DNA of 64,000 nt from Candidatus Binatia bacterium (GTDB lineage Bacteria; Desulfobacterota; Binatia; Bin18): contig OY761159.2 of NCBI GenBank assembly GCA_963664395.2, positions 3,520,001-3,584,000 on the forward strand, written 5' to 3'. The first letter of the stretch is position 1, and the number at the start of each line of letters is the position of its first letter. Shown one piece after another: positions 1-11,478 of the stretch. Position numbers and translations under genes: made by a program. Under the pieces are notes generated by a model. That model made no database searches. It was not told the DNA's origin and saw nothing but the letters and a program-made list of their open reading frames with translations.

Positions 1-50
1 TAAACCACCTGGAAAATATTTTTCATAAAATAAAACAGGAAGATCACTAG
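1..50 (+). CDS. 3' end of upstream gene, possibly rbfA (partial)
   Basis: Open frame ...NHLENIFHKIKQEDH* ends at TAG 48-50, overlapping the truB start; rbfA usually precedes truB. Confidence 0.3.
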   Translation, partial: NHLENIFHKIKQEDH

Positions 51-934
51 TGGCCGGACTTGATGGCATCCTCCTCATTGATAAGCCGGCAGGGCCTGCG
101 TCTGCGGAGGTTGTCCGTATTCTCAAAAAGGCGTTGCGGGTCAAAAAAATTGGTCATCTCGGGACGCTTGACCCCTTTGCCAGTGGCCTGCTGCCCCTAT
201 GTCTTGGTGCTGGAACCAAACTCTCGCAGTTTCTCATGGCGGAACGCAAGTCCTATGCAGGGACGTTACAGCTCGGCGTCGAGACCGATACGCTCGACTG
301 TACTGGGACGGTCACGCGCACAGTCCCTATTCCGGATTATACTCCGGCGCTGTTGAAAAAGCTCGAGCAGCGGTTTGTCGGCGCCTATTGGCAGACCCCG
401 CCTATGTATTCCGCGCTCAAACGACAAGGTGTCCCTCTGTATAAACTGGCCCGCCAGGGTATTGAAGTGGAGCGAGAGCCGCGGCAGGTGCAGGTGTACC
501 ACCTCGCGCTGGCACTCGGAGAGCAGCACGCTATTCATTTTTCTGTCTCGTGCTCAAAGGGAACATATATTCGGGTCCTGGCCGCAGATATCGGAGCGGC
601 TCTGAACAGTGTCGCCCATCTGACGAGTCTCCGTCGGACGACTTTTGGGTCGTTTACCATCGACCAAGCCATCCCGCTCTCTCGGGCCCAGGATCCACAC
701 CAGGGGCAGGTTCTCCCCCTGCTGTCATTAGTCCAAGCGACCCAGGCCTACCGGACCTTTTTCGTATCGGCCCAGGACGTAGCGCTCCTCCGGCGTGGAC
801 AGCAGTCCGTTTTACAGACCCTCCCGGCAGCCCAGGCTGCAGGAGAGACTGCCCGGATTCTTAGTTCAGACAGTGAATTGATTGCCATTGTCACATTTGA
901 GGCGATGGCGTGGAAGCTCGTCCGCGTCTTTTAA
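50..934 (+). CDS. truB: tRNA pseudouridine(55) synthase
   Basis: [20 protein letters not shown] and CSKGTYIR motifs. Confidence 0.97.
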   Translation: MAGLDGILLIDKPAGPASAEVVRILKKALRVKKIGHLGTLDPFASGLLPLCLGAGTKLSQFLMAERKSYAGTLQLGVETDTLDCTGTVTRTVPIPDYTPALLKKLEQRFVGAYWQTPPMYSALKRQGVPLYKLARQGIEVEREPRQVQVYHLALALGEQHAIHFSVSCSKGTYIRVLAADIGAALNSVAHLTSLRRTTFGSFTIDQAIPLSRAQDPHQGQVLPLLSLVQATQAYRTFFVSAQDVALLRRGQQSVLQTLPAAQAAGETARILSSDSELIAIVTFEAMAWKLVRVF

Positions 935-998
935 CTTTACACTAGGCAAACAGCGTGTTAAGAGCGGGAAAAGGAATAACCAAGGAGAAGGAAGAGAT

Positions 999-1265
999 AT
1001 GCAGGAGGCTGAACAGAAAAGCGAAACCATCAGTCAGTTTCGGGTGCATGACACGGATACGGGATCACCCGAAGTACAGATTGCCATTCTGACCAAACGG
1101 ATCGTACACCTCATCGAGCATTTCAAGATCCACAAAAAAGATCACCTCTCTCGGCGTGGCCTGCTCAAAATGGTTGGTCGTCGTCGTCGTTTGCTCGACT
1201 ACCTACGGCGTGAGGATGTGCAGCGGTATCAAAGTATGCTCCAACGCCTCGGACTGCGACGCTAG
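999..1265 (+). CDS. rpsO: 30S ribosomal protein S15
   Basis: [10 protein letters not shown]...[22 protein letters not shown]; AGGAG upstream of ATG 999. Confidence 0.98.
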   Translation: MQEAEQKSETISQFRVHDTDTGSPEVQIAILTKRIVHLIEHFKIHKKDHLSRRGLLKMVGRRRRLLDYLRREDVQRYQSMLQRLGLRR

Positions 1266-1355
1266 GTCAACTCTCGCGTCCCTTTTGTCCAGCGTTGTGG
1301 AGAGAGCTGCCGCTGTGTCGTAAGGACCGCGGCGCGGAAAAAATTGAAGGAAGAT

Positions 1356-3449
1356 ATGTATAAAAAGATCGAAATGGAATATTACGGACGCCCGCTGTCC
1401 ATTGAAACCGGTCGTCTTGCCAAACAGACGAGTGGCGCGGCCCTCGTGCAATACGGGGAAACCGTTGTCCTTGTGACTGCGGTTGCATCACATTCGCCAC
1501 GTGAGGGGATCGACTTTTTCCCTCTGACTGTTGACTACCAGGAACGCACCTATGCGGCAGGAAAAATTCCTGGGGGATTTTTTAAGCGGGAAGGGCGTCC
1601 GGCAGAGCGCGAGGTTCTCACCTCGCGGGTTGTAGACCGAGCGATTCGGCCGCTCTTCCCAAAGGGCTTCGCCTGTGAGACCCAAATTGTCGCGTCTGTC
1701 TTATCGGTTGATCGAGAGAACGATGCCGATACGTTGGCCTTAATCGGTGCCTCTGCAGCCCTGCAAGTCTCCGATATCCCTTTCGGGGGGCCAATTGCCG
1801 GAATACGGGTTGGACGCTTGCAGGGGAAACTGGTGGTCAATCCGTTGCAGAGCCAATTCCAGGACAGCGATATTAACCTGTTTGTTGCCGCTGGCCGGGA
1901 TGCCATTGTCATGGTTGAGGGCGGCGCGCGCATGGTATCTGAAGAAGACATGCTTGAGGCACTGTTCCTTGCTCAGGAAGCCGCGGCTCCGGTTCTCGAC
2001 GTGCAGGACGAACTTGTCCGGGTCGCCGGAAAGCCAAAACGACAGTTCGCGGAGCCCGCGATTGATACCGAGCTGGCTGATCGTGTTCGGGCCGCAGCGA
2101 CCCAAAAGCTCAGTGCGGCTCTGACGATTGCGGCTAAACTGGAGCGCGGGGATGCCATCAAGTCCGCCAAGAAAGAAGCGACTGCGGCGCTCGGGGAAGA
2201 GTTCGCCGACCGAGGCGGGGAGGTTGCAGAAGCCCTGGAAAAGCTGACCGGCGAAATCATGCGCACGGCGATTGTTGACCAGAGCCAGCGCGTAGATGGG
2301 CGCGGATTGACTGATATTCGTCCCATCTCGTGTGAAGTCGGCATGCTGCCCCGAACGCATGGCTCGGCCCTTTTCACCCGAGGCGAAACGCAAGCCCTGG
2401 CGGTTGCGACGCTGGGTACATCCGCAGACGAGCAACGGGTGGATGCCTTGATCGGTGAGCAGTACAGGAAATTCATGCTGCATTACAACTTCCCTCCTTT
2501 TAGTGTGGGGGAAGCACGTCCGATGCGGAATCCCGGACGGCGAGAGATTGGGCACGGCGCACTTGCCGAACGGGCCCTGCTGGCCGTTCTCCCGGCGGGA
2601 AATGAATTCCCCTATACTATCCGGGTAGTGTCGGAAATCCTGGAATCAAACGGCTCTTCCTCCATGGCCACCGTGTGTAGCGGCGCGCTTTCACTGATGG
2701 ACGCTGGCGTCCCGATCGTGGCACCGGTCGCTGGCATTGCGATGGGACTGATCAAAGAAGGGGAAGAAGTCCGGATTCTCAGTGACATCCTGGGTGATGA
2801 GGATCATCTCGGCGATATGGACTTCAAGGTTGCGGGAACGGCTGACGGCATTACCGCGCTCCAAATGGATATCAAAATTGCCGGTGTAACGCGTGAGATT
2901 ATGCGCCAGGCCTTGTATCAGGCCCGTGACGGGCGTTTACACATTCTTGGGAAGATGGCCGAGTCGCTCGAAACTCCCCGTGAACATATCGCAGAACATG
3001 CCCCGAGGATTCTGACCCTTAAAATCAAGTCGGATAAAATTCGTGATCTCATTGGCCCGGGCGGGAAAATGATTCGCTCCATTGTCGAAGAGACTGGGGT
3101 GAAGATTGATGTCGAAGACGACGGGACGGTGTCTGTTGCCTCCTCCGACGGAGACTCAATGGATCGGGCGATCAGTAGAATCTATGCCGTCACGGCTGAT
3201 GCCGAGATAGGCAAGCTCTACACCGGAACGGTCAAGAAAGTGGTCGATTTCGGGGCTTTTGTCGAGATCCTACCCGGTAAAGAAGGGCTTGTGCACATCT
3301 CCCAACTTGCACCTGAACGCGTACGGCAGGTGACCGATATTGTTGATGAGGGGGATGAGATTATAGTCAAAGTCCTTGAGATCGATCGGCAGGGAAAAAT
3401 TCGTCTCAGTCGGCGTGAAGCATTGGCCGACCAGGATGCTGCACGCTAG
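1356..3449 (+). CDS. pnp: polyribonucleotide nucleotidyltransferase
   Basis: [28 protein letters not shown] and S1 domains; follows rpsO. Confidence 0.98.
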   Translation: MYKKIEMEYYGRPLSIETGRLAKQTSGAALVQYGETVVLVTAVASHSPREGIDFFPLTVDYQERTYAAGKIPGGFFKREGRPAEREVLTSRVVDRAIRPLFPKGFACETQIVASVLSVDRENDADTLALIGASAALQVSDIPFGGPIAGIRVGRLQGKLVVNPLQSQFQDSDINLFVAAGRDAIVMVEGGARMVSEEDMLEALFLAQEAAAPVLDVQDELVRVAGKPKRQFAEPAIDTELADRVRAAATQKLSAALTIAAKLERGDAIKSAKKEATAALGEEFADRGGEVAEALEKLTGEIMRTAIVDQSQRVDGRGLTDIRPISCEVGMLPRTHGSALFTRGETQALAVATLGTSADEQRVDALIGEQYRKFMLHYNFPPFSVGEARPMRNPGRREIGHGALAERALLAVLPAGNEFPYTIRVVSEILESNGSSSMATVCSGALSLMDAGVPIVAPVAGIAMGLIKEGEEVRILSDILGDEDHLGDMDFKVAGTADGITALQMDIKIAGVTREIMRQALYQARDGRLHILGKMAESLETPREHIAEHAPRILTLKIKSDKIRDLIGPGGKMIRSIVEETGVKIDVEDDGTVSVASSDGDSMDRAISRIYAVTADAEIGKLYTGTVKKVVDFGAFVEILPGKEGLVHISQLAPERVRQVTDIVDEGDEIIVKVLEIDRQGKIRLSRREALADQDAAR

Positions 3450-3482
3450 CAGTACAGAGCACCACTGAAGGAGCACTATCGG

Positions 3483-3995
3483 GTGAGCGCACAGATCGTC
3501 GTTCCCATTACGCGCGTGCGCCAGGCTGAACCGGGCGCGCCGTCGATCCCGCTTCCCCGCTATATGACTCCCGGCTCTGCCGGGATGGATATTGCCGCCG
3601 CTCTTACGGAAAGCGTCGTCCTTGCGCCGCTCCAACGGTGTGTGATTCCGACCGGATTCGCCTTGGCCCTGCCGCAGGATTACGAAGCCCAGATTCGCCC
3701 GCGCAGCGGACTCGCGCTGCGCCACGGGCTTACCATCCTGAATGCTCCGGGAACGATAGACGCCGACTATCGGGAAGAGGTGAAGGTCTTACTCATTAAT
3801 CTTGGCGACAAACCGGTTGAGGTCAAACGGGGCGACCGCGTCGCCCAGCTCATCGTCGCTCCAGTGGCACGTGTCTGTTGGGCTGAAGTCGATACGCTCG
3901 GTTCCACGCGACGGCAGGGAGGGTTTGGTCATACGGGGACGGCAGCCTGCGCAGACCAGGACCCGACCGAAAAGAGTAAACGTGTCCTCCAATAG
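3483..3995 (+). CDS. dut: dUTP diphosphatase
   Basis: [33 protein letters not shown] motifs. Confidence 0.96.
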   Translation: MSAQIVVPITRVRQAEPGAPSIPLPRYMTPGSAGMDIAAALTESVVLAPLQRCVIPTGFALALPQDYEAQIRPRSGLALRHGLTILNAPGTIDADYREEVKVLLINLGDKPVEVKRGDRVAQLIVAPVARVCWAEVDTLGSTRRQGGFGHTGTAACADQDPTEKSKRVLQ

Positions 3996-4025
3996 ACATC
4001 AGATGCTGGACACGTTTACTCTTTT
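3970..4025. repeat. ~55-bp palindromic MITE-like element, family B (contains the dut stop codon)
   Basis: AAAGAGTAAACGTGTCC...GGACACGTTTACTCTTT inverted arms; related copies at 11325, 11429, 26745, 32395, 60902. Confidence 0.8.
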
Positions 4026-4031
4026 TTGCAG

Positions 4032-4059
4032 TTGACTCTCGGCTGAAGTGTGGTAAATT
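4032..4059 (+). promoter_or_regulatory. sigma70-like promoter for tRNA-Gly/polA
   Basis: TTGACT-16 bp-TAAATT with extended TG. Confidence 0.55.
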
Positions 4060-4083
4060 CAGCATCTAATTATTGCACTCAAC

Positions 4084-4157
4084 GCGGGTGTAGCTCAGCT
4101 GGCTAGAGCGTGTGCTTGCCAAGCACAAGGTCGCCGGTTCGACCCCGGTCACCCGCT
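4084..4157 (+). tRNA. tRNA-Gly(GCC)
   Basis: GCGGGTG acceptor stem, TGTGC-TTGCCAA-GCACA anticodon arm, GGTTCGA T-loop; no encoded CCA. Confidence 0.95.
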
Positions 4158-4183
4158 TTCTTCTCTCCTGCCCCAGTTGCGTT

Positions 4184-6880
4184 GTGACACCATTACCTAC
4201 ACCCGTTTTTCTCGTTGATGGGCAGTCGTATATCTATCGTGCCTTTTATGCGGTCCGGGATCTGACCAACTCCCAGGGGTTTCCAACCAACGCCATCTTT
4301 GGCTTTGTGAACATGCTCCAGCGTATTCATGACGAGCATGCGCCAAGTCATCTCGGGATGGTTCTTGACTCACCGGGAAAGAATTTTCGCCATGATATCT
4401 ATCCGGAGTATAAGGCCAACCGGACCACAATGCCGGATGAGTTGCGGGTCCAGATCCCCCGCATAAAAGAGATTATCCAAGCCTATAATATTCCCATTCT
4501 TGAACTGGCAGGCTACGAGGCGGATGACATTATCGCCACGCTGGCTACGCGTTGGGAGCAGGCCGGGGTAGAGGTGGTCATTGTTTCCGGGGATAAAGAC
4601 TTTATGCAGGTTGTCTCGGAGCGAGTGAGCATGCTCGACACCATGTGGGACAGGCGCATCGGCCCTGCCGAAGTGCACGCGAAATTCGGCGTCGAGCCGG
4701 GGCGCGTTGTCGAAGTGCAAGCGTTGATGGGCGACTCCACCGACAATATCCCCGGCATCCCCGGTATTGGTGAGAAGACCGCTATCAAGCTGATTACGCA
4801 GTGGCAGAACTTGGACGGCGTCCTGAATAATGCGGCCGCTATCAAAGGCAAGCTTGGCGAGCGTATCCGGGAGAACGCCGGGTTGGCTCGCCTTTCGAAA
4901 ACGCTGGCGACCCTGAAACAGGATGTGCCGTTGACTCCGGCTCTTGAAGAACTTGCGCTGACAGCGCCAGACCAAGACCGTTTACGTGAGCTTTTTACCG
5001 AGTTTGAATTCCGTCGCTTCCTGGCTGATTTGGACACGACCTGGGAGTTTTCCTTGGATGATGAGCGCACTGCACCCGCGGAACCACCCGGTGAATACGA
5101 ACCCGTGCGCAGCGTGCGGCAGCTCGACTCTCTCATCACAAACATTCAGGCAGCCAAAACCTACTGTCTCGATACGGAAACGACGGCGCTTAACCCGCTT
5201 GATGCCCAACTGGTCGGCGTTGCGCTGGCTATTGAAGAGCGGAAGGCGTGGTATATTCCGGTTGCGCACCGCTCAGACGATGCCGCCCCTCAAGTGCCAC
5301 CAGAAAAGACGCTTCACGCGCTCCGCACTCTTTTTGCTGATACCTCGCTGACACTCATTGGCCAGAATCTTAAATATGATCTCATGGTCCTAGCCAACTA
5401 TGGGCTGCAATCGCACAATCGTCTGGCTGACACCATGCTGGCCTCTTATCTATTAAACCCAGCCCACCGCCATAACCTGAACGCCCTCGCTCAAGAACAT
5501 CTTCATTACACCATGCTCACATATGAGGCGGTGACCGATGGCGCAAAAAAGAACTTTGCTGAAGTGCCGGTCGAGGACGCCACTCGCTATGCCGGGGAAG
5601 ACGCAGATATTACCCTGCGTCTTGCGCACCGGTTGTTCCCCCGTGTCGGAGAAGAAGGCATGGACAGCCTGTTCGCCGATATTGAAGCACCGCTCGTTCA
5701 GGTGCTGGCACAAATGGAACGGACCGGGATGCGGGTTGACCCCCAAGTGCTCGCAGGACTCTCTGACGAATTCGGGCAGCGGCGAGACCAGCTCGAAGCG
5801 GAAATCCACGCCCTGGCCGGGGAGCCGTTTAATATCGCCTCCCCGAAGCAGCTCCAGGCCATCCTGTTCGATAAGCTCGGACTGCCGCATGGTAAAAAGA
5901 CCAAGACGGGATTGTCGACCGATTCATCCGTACTTGAGCGTCTGGCTGAAGAATATCCTCTGCCGGAGAGGATATTAGTCTATCGGAGTTTTGCCAAACT
6001 CCAGAATACGTATGTTGACTCTTTGCCCAAGCTTATCCGTGCAGATACAGGCCGAGTGCATACGTCGTTCAATCAGGCAGTGACGGCTACGGGTCGGCTG
6101 TCTTCCAGCAATCCGAATTTACAGAATATTCCCATCCGGACTGAAGAGGGGCGTCGCATCCGAACGGCCTTTGTGCCGGAACCGGGCTGGCGCCTCCTCT
6201 CGGCAGACTACTCTCAGATTGAGTTGCGCCTCTTGGCCCATCTGAGTCAGGACCCCGTCCTGGTCGAATCCTTTCAAAAAGGTCAGGATGTCCATGCCCG
6301 AACCGCGGCAGAAATCTTTGCGACGTCCATACAGGATATTTCGAGTGACCAACGGCGTGAGGCCAAAACGATTAATTTCGGTCTGATCTACGGCATGGGA
6401 GCGAGGCGACTGGCTCGCACTTTACGCATTCCATTCAAGACCGCCCAAGCGTATATTGACCAGTATTTCAGTCGCTACGCTGGGATCAGGACCTATATGG
6501 AAGGAACGCTGGTCAGCGCCAAAGAATGCGGCTATGTCACGACGCTCTTTGGCCGCCGTCGCTATGTGCCGGACCTTGGGAGTAAAAGCCCACAACTGGC
6601 CAGTGCTGCGGAGCGGATCGCGATCAACACCCCCATCCAGGGAACGGCGGCTGATCTGATTAAAGGCGCAATGGTCACCATTGCGCGACAGCTCAGCCAG
6701 GAGCGGTTGCAGACGCGCATGCTCCTCCAAGTCCACGACGAGTTATTATTTGAAGTGCCGGACACAGAGCTTGCGCGCATACAAGCCCTCGTCCGTGAGC
6801 GCATGGAAGGGGTGATGGCACTCACCGTTCCACTCTGCGTTGATATCGGAGTTGGCGGCAATTGGGCCGAAGCACACTGA
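4184..6880 (+). CDS. polA: DNA polymerase I
   Basis: 5'-3' exonuclease (LVDG...YRAFYA, EADD), DTET 3'-5' exonuclease, SADYSQIELR, LLQVHDEL; start moved downstream of the tRNA. Confidence 0.98.
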   Translation: MTPLPTPVFLVDGQSYIYRAFYAVRDLTNSQGFPTNAIFGFVNMLQRIHDEHAPSHLGMVLDSPGKNFRHDIYPEYKANRTTMPDELRVQIPRIKEIIQAYNIPILELAGYEADDIIATLATRWEQAGVEVVIVSGDKDFMQVVSERVSMLDTMWDRRIGPAEVHAKFGVEPGRVVEVQALMGDSTDNIPGIPGIGEKTAIKLITQWQNLDGVLNNAAAIKGKLGERIRENAGLARLSKTLATLKQDVPLTPALEELALTAPDQDRLRELFTEFEFRRFLADLDTTWEFSLDDERTAPAEPPGEYEPVRSVRQLDSLITNIQAAKTYCLDTETTALNPLDAQLVGVALAIEERKAWYIPVAHRSDDAAPQVPPEKTLHALRTLFADTSLTLIGQNLKYDLMVLANYGLQSHNRLADTMLASYLLNPAHRHNLNALAQEHLHYTMLTYEAVTDGAKKNFAEVPVEDATRYAGEDADITLRLAHRLFPRVGEEGMDSLFADIEAPLVQVLAQMERTGMRVDPQVLAGLSDEFGQRRDQLEAEIHALAGEPFNIASPKQLQAILFDKLGLPHGKKTKTGLSTDSSVLERLAEEYPLPERILVYRSFAKLQNTYVDSLPKLIRADTGRVHTSFNQAVTATGRLSSSNPNLQNIPIRTEEGRRIRTAFVPEPGWRLLSADYSQIELRLLAHLSQDPVLVESFQKGQDVHARTAAEIFATSIQDISSDQRREAKTINFGLIYGMGARRLARTLRIPFKTAQAYIDQYFSRYAGIRTYMEGTLVSAKECGYVTTLFGRRRYVPDLGSKSPQLASAAERIAINTPIQGTAADLIKGAMVTIARQLSQERLQTRMLLQVHDELLFEVPDTELARIQALVRERMEGVMALTVPLCVDIGVGGNWAEAH

Positions 6881-6899
6881 CACACAAGGAGGAAGCAGA

Positions 6900-7709
6900 A
6901 TGGCATACCGAGAAAACTACGAACATCTTATCATCGAGAAGAACGACGGGATTGCGCTCTTGACGATTAACCGGCCTGAGTCCCTCAACTCGACGAATTT
7001 CCGCCTGCACTATGAACTGAGCAAGGTCTGGCTCGATATTGCAGACGACCCGGCAGTGCGGGTGGCGGTGATTACGGGCGCCGGGCGGGCGTTTTCGGCT
7101 GGCGGAGACTTTGACGTTGTTGAGAGATCAATAGATAACCTCGACGTGGTAGCCCAGACTATGAAAGAAGCCCGGGACATCGTCCACAATATGATCAACT
7201 GCGATAAACCTATTATCTCGGCGATTAACGGCGTTGCGGTCGGGGCAGGGCTGGCGGTCGCCCTGCTGGCCGATATCAGCATTGCCTCGGAGAAGGCGCG
7301 TTTCACTGACGGGCATACCCGGCTCGGGGTTGCCGCCGGAGACCACGCCGCGATTATCTGGCCCCTCCTGGTCGGCATGGCCAAGGCCAAATACTACCTG
7401 CTGACGTGTGACATGCTGGACGCCAAAGAAGCTGAGCGGATTGGTTTAGTCAGCATGGTTGTTCCACCGGACGAACTCATGCCTAAAGCGATGGAAGTGG
7501 CGAACAAATTGGCGACGGGCGCACAGCAAGCTATTCGTTGGACCAAGCAGTCGCTCAACCAGTGGCTTCGTGCGGCAGCGCATACGTCGTTCGATTACTC
7601 GCTCGCCCTGGAGATGTTGGGCTTCTTTGGCAAAGACGTGGGCGAGGGGCTGAGTGCGGTGAAAGAACGTCGCCCCCCGGTTTTTCCATCCGCGCAAGAT
7701 AACACATGA
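6900..7709 (+). CDS. enoyl-CoA hydratase/isomerase family protein
   Basis: [19 protein letters not shown] crotonase motifs; AGGAGG RBS. Confidence 0.92.
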   Translation: MAYRENYEHLIIEKNDGIALLTINRPESLNSTNFRLHYELSKVWLDIADDPAVRVAVITGAGRAFSAGGDFDVVERSIDNLDVVAQTMKEARDIVHNMINCDKPIISAINGVAVGAGLAVALLADISIASEKARFTDGHTRLGVAAGDHAAIIWPLLVGMAKAKYYLLTCDMLDAKEAERIGLVSMVVPPDELMPKAMEVANKLATGAQQAIRWTKQSLNQWLRAAAHTSFDYSLALEMLGFFGKDVGEGLSAVKERRPPVFPSAQDNT

Positions 7710-7975
7710 CAACTCCGGAACGCATCGAGCACACGCTCCGACACGCGCTGTCCGCAACCGAGGTGCAGGTCGAAGACGAGAGTGCCCTGCACGCGGGTCA
7801 TGCCGGAGCTGCGTCCGGCGGCGGGCACTACCGGGTCACCGTGGTGTCTCCACTGTTTGCCGGCAAGAACCCCGTCCAGCGCCACCGTTTAGTCTACGCT
7901 GCGTTGGCGGAAGAAATGCAGCAGGCGATCCACGCCCTGGCGCTGACAACCCTCACGCCCTCCGAACGCACATAG
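7706..7975 (+). CDS. bolA: BolA family protein
   Basis: DESALHAGH...GGHY...F.GK..VQRHRLVY...IHAL. Confidence 0.93.
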   Translation: MTTPERIEHTLRHALSATEVQVEDESALHAGHAGAASGGGHYRVTVVSPLFAGKNPVQRHRLVYAALAEEMQQAIHALALTTLTPSERT

Positions 7976-8010
7976 ACGCAGAGCCACCCCGTCCGGGTGG
8001 CTCTGCGTCT
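7976..8010. terminator. hairpin between convergent genes
   Basis: GACGCAGAGCCACCC-loop-GGGTGGCTCTGCGTC inverted repeat. Confidence 0.6.
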
Positions 8011-8014
8011 GTCC

Positions 8015-9022
8015 TTAGACTTTGTAATACGTCCGGTACCATTCCACAAAGCGGGGAATGCCTTCCTCAATCGGCGTGGCCGGGCGAAAGCCCACGGCCT
8101 GCATGAGGTCCTCAACATCGGCGCACGTTGCCGGGACATCTCCAGCCTGCATGGGGAGGAGCCGTTTTTCGGCTTTCCGCCCGAGGGTTTTTTCCAGCAC
8201 CTCAATAAAATACAGCAGCTCAACCGGACTATGATTGCCGATATTATAGACGCGGTAGGGAGCCGTACTCGTTCCGGGGTCCGGTTTCATGCCTGACCAC
8301 TGTGGATTGGGTTGCGCGATACGGTCATGAACGCGCACGACCCCCTCAACAATATCGTCAATATAGGTAAAGGCACGCCGCATCCTGCCATGATTAAACA
8401 CCTCAATCGGTTCACCGGACAGAATAGCTTTGGTGAAGAGAAACAAGGCCATATCCGGCCTGCCCCAAGGGCCATAGACGGTGAAAAATCGCAGCCCCGT
8501 CGTCGGGAGAGCATGGACATGGCTATACGTATGGGCCATAAGCTCATTTGCCTTTTTTGAGGCCGCATATAAAGAAATCGGATGATCAACATTGTCATGG
8601 ACAGAGAAGGGCATATGCGTATTCGCGCCATACACCGAGCTGCTCGACGCATACGTCAGATGCTGCACGTTGGTATGCCGACAGCCCTCAAGAATGTTCA
8701 TGAACCCGATGAGATTGCTATCGATGTAGGCATGCGGGTTGGTGAGTGGGTAGCGTACCCCGGCCTGGGCCGCCAGATGGATAACCCGCTCGGGCGTATG
8801 CCGGACGAATAGGTCTTCCATGCCTGGTCGGTTAGCCAGGTCGAGACGCACAAATGCAAACTGTTCGGAATCGTTGAGCTGGGCTAAGCGGGCTTCTTTC
8901 AGACGCACATCATAATAGGTATTCAGGTTGTCGAGTCCGACGACGGTATCGCCTCGTTTGAGTAGATACCTGCTGACATGAAAGCCAATAAACCCGCCCA
9001 CGCCGGTCACGAGTACCTTCAT
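8015..9022 (-). CDS. UDP-glucuronate 4-epimerase-like NAD-dependent epimerase
   Basis: [34 protein letters not shown]. Confidence 0.93.
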   Translation of the reverse strand: MKVLVTGVGGFIGFHVSRYLLKRGDTVVGLDNLNTYYDVRLKEARLAQLNDSEQFAFVRLDLANRPGMEDLFVRHTPERVIHLAAQAGVRYPLTNPHAYIDSNLIGFMNILEGCRHTNVQHLTYASSSSVYGANTHMPFSVHDNVDHPISLYAASKKANELMAHTYSHVHALPTTGLRFFTVYGPWGRPDMALFLFTKAILSGEPIEVFNHGRMRRAFTYIDDIVEGVVRVHDRIAQPNPQWSGMKPDPGTSTAPYRVYNIGNHSPVELLYFIEVLEKTLGRKAEKRLLPMQAGDVPATCADVEDLMQAVGFRPATPIEEGIPRFVEWYRTYYKV

Positions 9023-9678
9023 GCTGAATTTCCTTGGCGCCGTATAGGGCTATCCTTTTGCGGCAGGGTCGAAGGCTGCGTGGCGGCGTGCTGCGCAGGG
9101 TCCGCAGACGTGCCGGGTACGGTCCGGTATTTGCCCAGGATATGGCGCGCCACTGTGACATGATAGGCAAGGCCCGACCACACGCCGACGACAAGGGCAA
9201 TCCACAAAAAATACATACCCACCAGATGAAAATCGATGAAGCCGTACTGATAGTGAATAATCAATCCGTGCAGGGCACACATTTGGAAGAGGGTCTTATA
9301 TTTGCCAAGTTGGTCAGCGGGTACTAGCAGGCCCTCTCCGGCGGCGATACTCCGCAACCCCGTCACCGCCATTTCCCGCCCGAGTATGACAACGACCATC
9401 CAGACCGGCAGGCGGGGAAAACGGTCGCTTGCCGCCAGCATAATCAGGGCTGCCATAACAAGCAGCTTATCGGCCAGAGGGTCGAGAAACGTGCCGAGGA
9501 GCGTCGTGTAGCCGTGCTTGCGGGCGAGATAGCCATCGAAATAATCAGTCAGACAGGCAATGAAAAAAATACCGGCCGCCATCAGGCTCGATACCGGGTC
9601 CGTATCAGCCAGGCAATAGACAAGAAAAGGAATGAGCGCAATGCGTAAGAGGCTCAAAAGATTTGGGAGAGCTGACAT
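9019..9678 (-). CDS. pgsA: CDP-diacylglycerol--glycerol-3-phosphate 3-phosphatidyltransferase
   Basis: [18 protein letters not shown]...G.FLDPLADK. Confidence 0.93.
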   Translation of the reverse strand: MSALPNLLSLLRIALIPFLVYCLADTDPVSSLMAAGIFFIACLTDYFDGYLARKHGYTTLLGTFLDPLADKLLVMAALIMLAASDRFPRLPVWMVVVILGREMAVTGLRSIAAGEGLLVPADQLGKYKTLFQMCALHGLIIHYQYGFIDFHLVGMYFLWIALVVGVWSGLAYHVTVARHILGKYRTVPGTSADPAQHAATQPSTLPQKDSPIRRQGNSA

Positions 9679-9898
9679 GCTGAGTTCCGGTCGTTCATAG
9701 CCCAGGTGTTAGCGAGATGATAGCCTACGATAAAAGATTTCTTGGGGAAGGGTCAAACGCCGGTCCCCTTGCCAGTCCAAATCATGCCGGCCCAGCTTGA
9801 CGTGGATACGCGGGCGTGCCAGCCGGCGCAAAGAGGGCCCCTGCCTGCCACGGTTGACTATCCTGACACGGATGAGGCCCACTGGCAGCGAGATACGG

Positions 9899-11407
9899 TC
9901 ATTGCCGCTCTCCAAACAGCTCTCCAAACAGCGACAGCTGACTCCCCTTCGGACGGCTGCCTAAAGCCAGAGGATAGCGGCCGGTAAAGCAGGCGGCGCA
10001 GAAATCGCTGCCGGGTGCTTGGAGTCCGGCGTACATGCCGGCTTCACTCAGATAGGCGAGACTATCGGCCGTGACGTAGCGTCTGATTTCTTCGACTGAA
10101 TGGGATGCCGCGATCAGCTCACTCCGGGTTGGCGTATCCACCCCGTAAAAGCATGGAGAAATAGTCGGCGGCGCACTGATGCGGACATGGATTTCGCGGG
10201 CGCCGGCCGCACGAATCATTTTAACAATTTTCCGGCTCGTCGTCCCGCGGACAAGGGAATCGTCTACCACGATGACCCGTTTGCCACGCAGAATCTCGGC
10301 CTGGGCATTGAGCTTGACCTTCACCCCAAAATGGCGGATGGACGATTGGGGTTCAATGAAAGTCCGACCCACATAGTGATTGCGGATCAGGCCCATTTCA
10401 AACGGCAGCCGGGCTTCTTTTGCATAGCCCAAGGCGGCCGGCACCCCGGAGTCCGGAACGGGAATGACGACATCCGCCTCGACCGGAGCCTCTTGCGCCA
10501 ATTGACGCCCAAACGCTTTCCGTGCGAGGTAGACATTCTGCCCGAACATGGTGCTGTCCGGTCGCGCAAAATACACATGCTCGAAAATACACTGGGCGGA
10601 CGGCGCCTGCGGGAACGGAGTGTAGGATGTCATGCCCTGGGCATTAAAGAGGAGGACTTCTCCGGCCCGGACTTCCCGCTCATATGTCGCCCCAATGAGG
10701 TCCAGGGCACAGGTTTCGGATGTGACCACATAGCCCAGATGGCCCGCGTGTTTGACGCGACCCAGCACCAGCGGACGAAAGCCGTAGGGGTCACGCGCCG
10801 CCACCATATGATCTTCGCTCAAGAAGACCAGCGAGTACGCCCCCCGCACTTGGGATAAGGCATCGATAATCCGGTCAATCGGGGGGGTGGCTTGTGAGGC
10901 GGCAATGAGATGCAGGATGACTTCGGTATCGACCGTAGACTGGAAAATCGAGCCGCCCGCTTCAAGCTGGGCGCGCAGTTCTTCGGCGTTGACCAGGTTG
11001 CCGTTATGCGCAATCGCCACCGAGCCATGCGTATACTTGGCCAGCAGGGGCTGCGTGTTTTTGAGCATCGTCGAGCCGGTGGTGGAATAGCGATTATGGC
11101 CAATGGCGCTTGCCCCTTCCAGGCGACGAATCAACTTTTCGTCAAAAATATCGGCCACCAGGCCCATGCCTTTATGCGTCAGCAGGGCCTGGCCGTTTGA
11201 AGAGGTAATGCCGGCAGACTCCTGGCCCCGATGTTGCAAAGCATACAAGGCCAGATAGGCCAGATTGGCCGCTTCCGGATGGCCATAGACGCCCACGACT
11301 CCGCACTCTTCATGGAAACCATCGAACTGAGTGAACGTGCCCTCAACAGACGTACGGCTGTCGGCGCGTTTATTCATTTTCACCACCTCGGCTGTGTCGT
11401 GCGCCAC
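9899..11407 (-). CDS. purF: amidophosphoribosyltransferase
   Basis: [26 protein letters not shown], Fe-S cysteines. Confidence 0.97.
   Translation of the reverse strand: MAHDTAEVVKMNKRADSRTSVEGTFTQFDGFHEECGVVGVYGHPEAANLAYLALYALQHRGQESAGITSSNGQALLTHKGMGLVADIFDEKLIRRLEGASAIGHNRYSTTGSTMLKNTQPLLAKYTHGSVAIAHNGNLVNAEELRAQLEAGGSIFQSTVDTEVILHLIAASQATPPIDRIIDALSQVRGAYSLVFLSEDHMVAARDPYGFRPLVLGRVKHAGHLGYVVTSETCALDLIGATYEREVRAGEVLLFNAQGMTSYTPFPQAPSAQCIFEHVYFARPDSTMFGQNVYLARKAFGRQLAQEAPVEADVVIPVPDSGVPAALGYAKEARLPFEMGLIRNHYVGRTFIEPQSSIRHFGVKVKLNAQAEILRGKRVIVVDDSLVRGTTSRKIVKMIRAAGAREIHVRISAPPTISPCFYGVDTPTRSELIAASHSVEEIRRYVTADSLAYLSEAGMYAGLQAPGSDFCAACFTGRYPLALGSRPKGSQLSLFGELFGERQ
11325..11380. repeat. family B element in frame in the purF propeptide
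   Basis: TGAGTGAACGTGCC...GGCGCGTTTATTCA arms. Confidence 0.65.
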
Positions 11408-11428
11408 GCTGTCCCTCCCCGCTTATGC

Positions 11429-11478
11429 ATGAGTAAACGTGCCATCAACCATACGGCTGTCGGCGCGTTTATTCAGTT
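11429..11478. repeat. family B element supplying the purL stop codon
   Basis: TGAGTAAACGTGCC...GGCGCGTTTATTCA arms. Confidence 0.65.

Noticed and set aside
4112-4183. N-terminal extensions of polA (and of yacG, gspF, waaL in the ORF track)
   Set aside because: They overlap tRNAs or upstream genes; downstream starts fit the families
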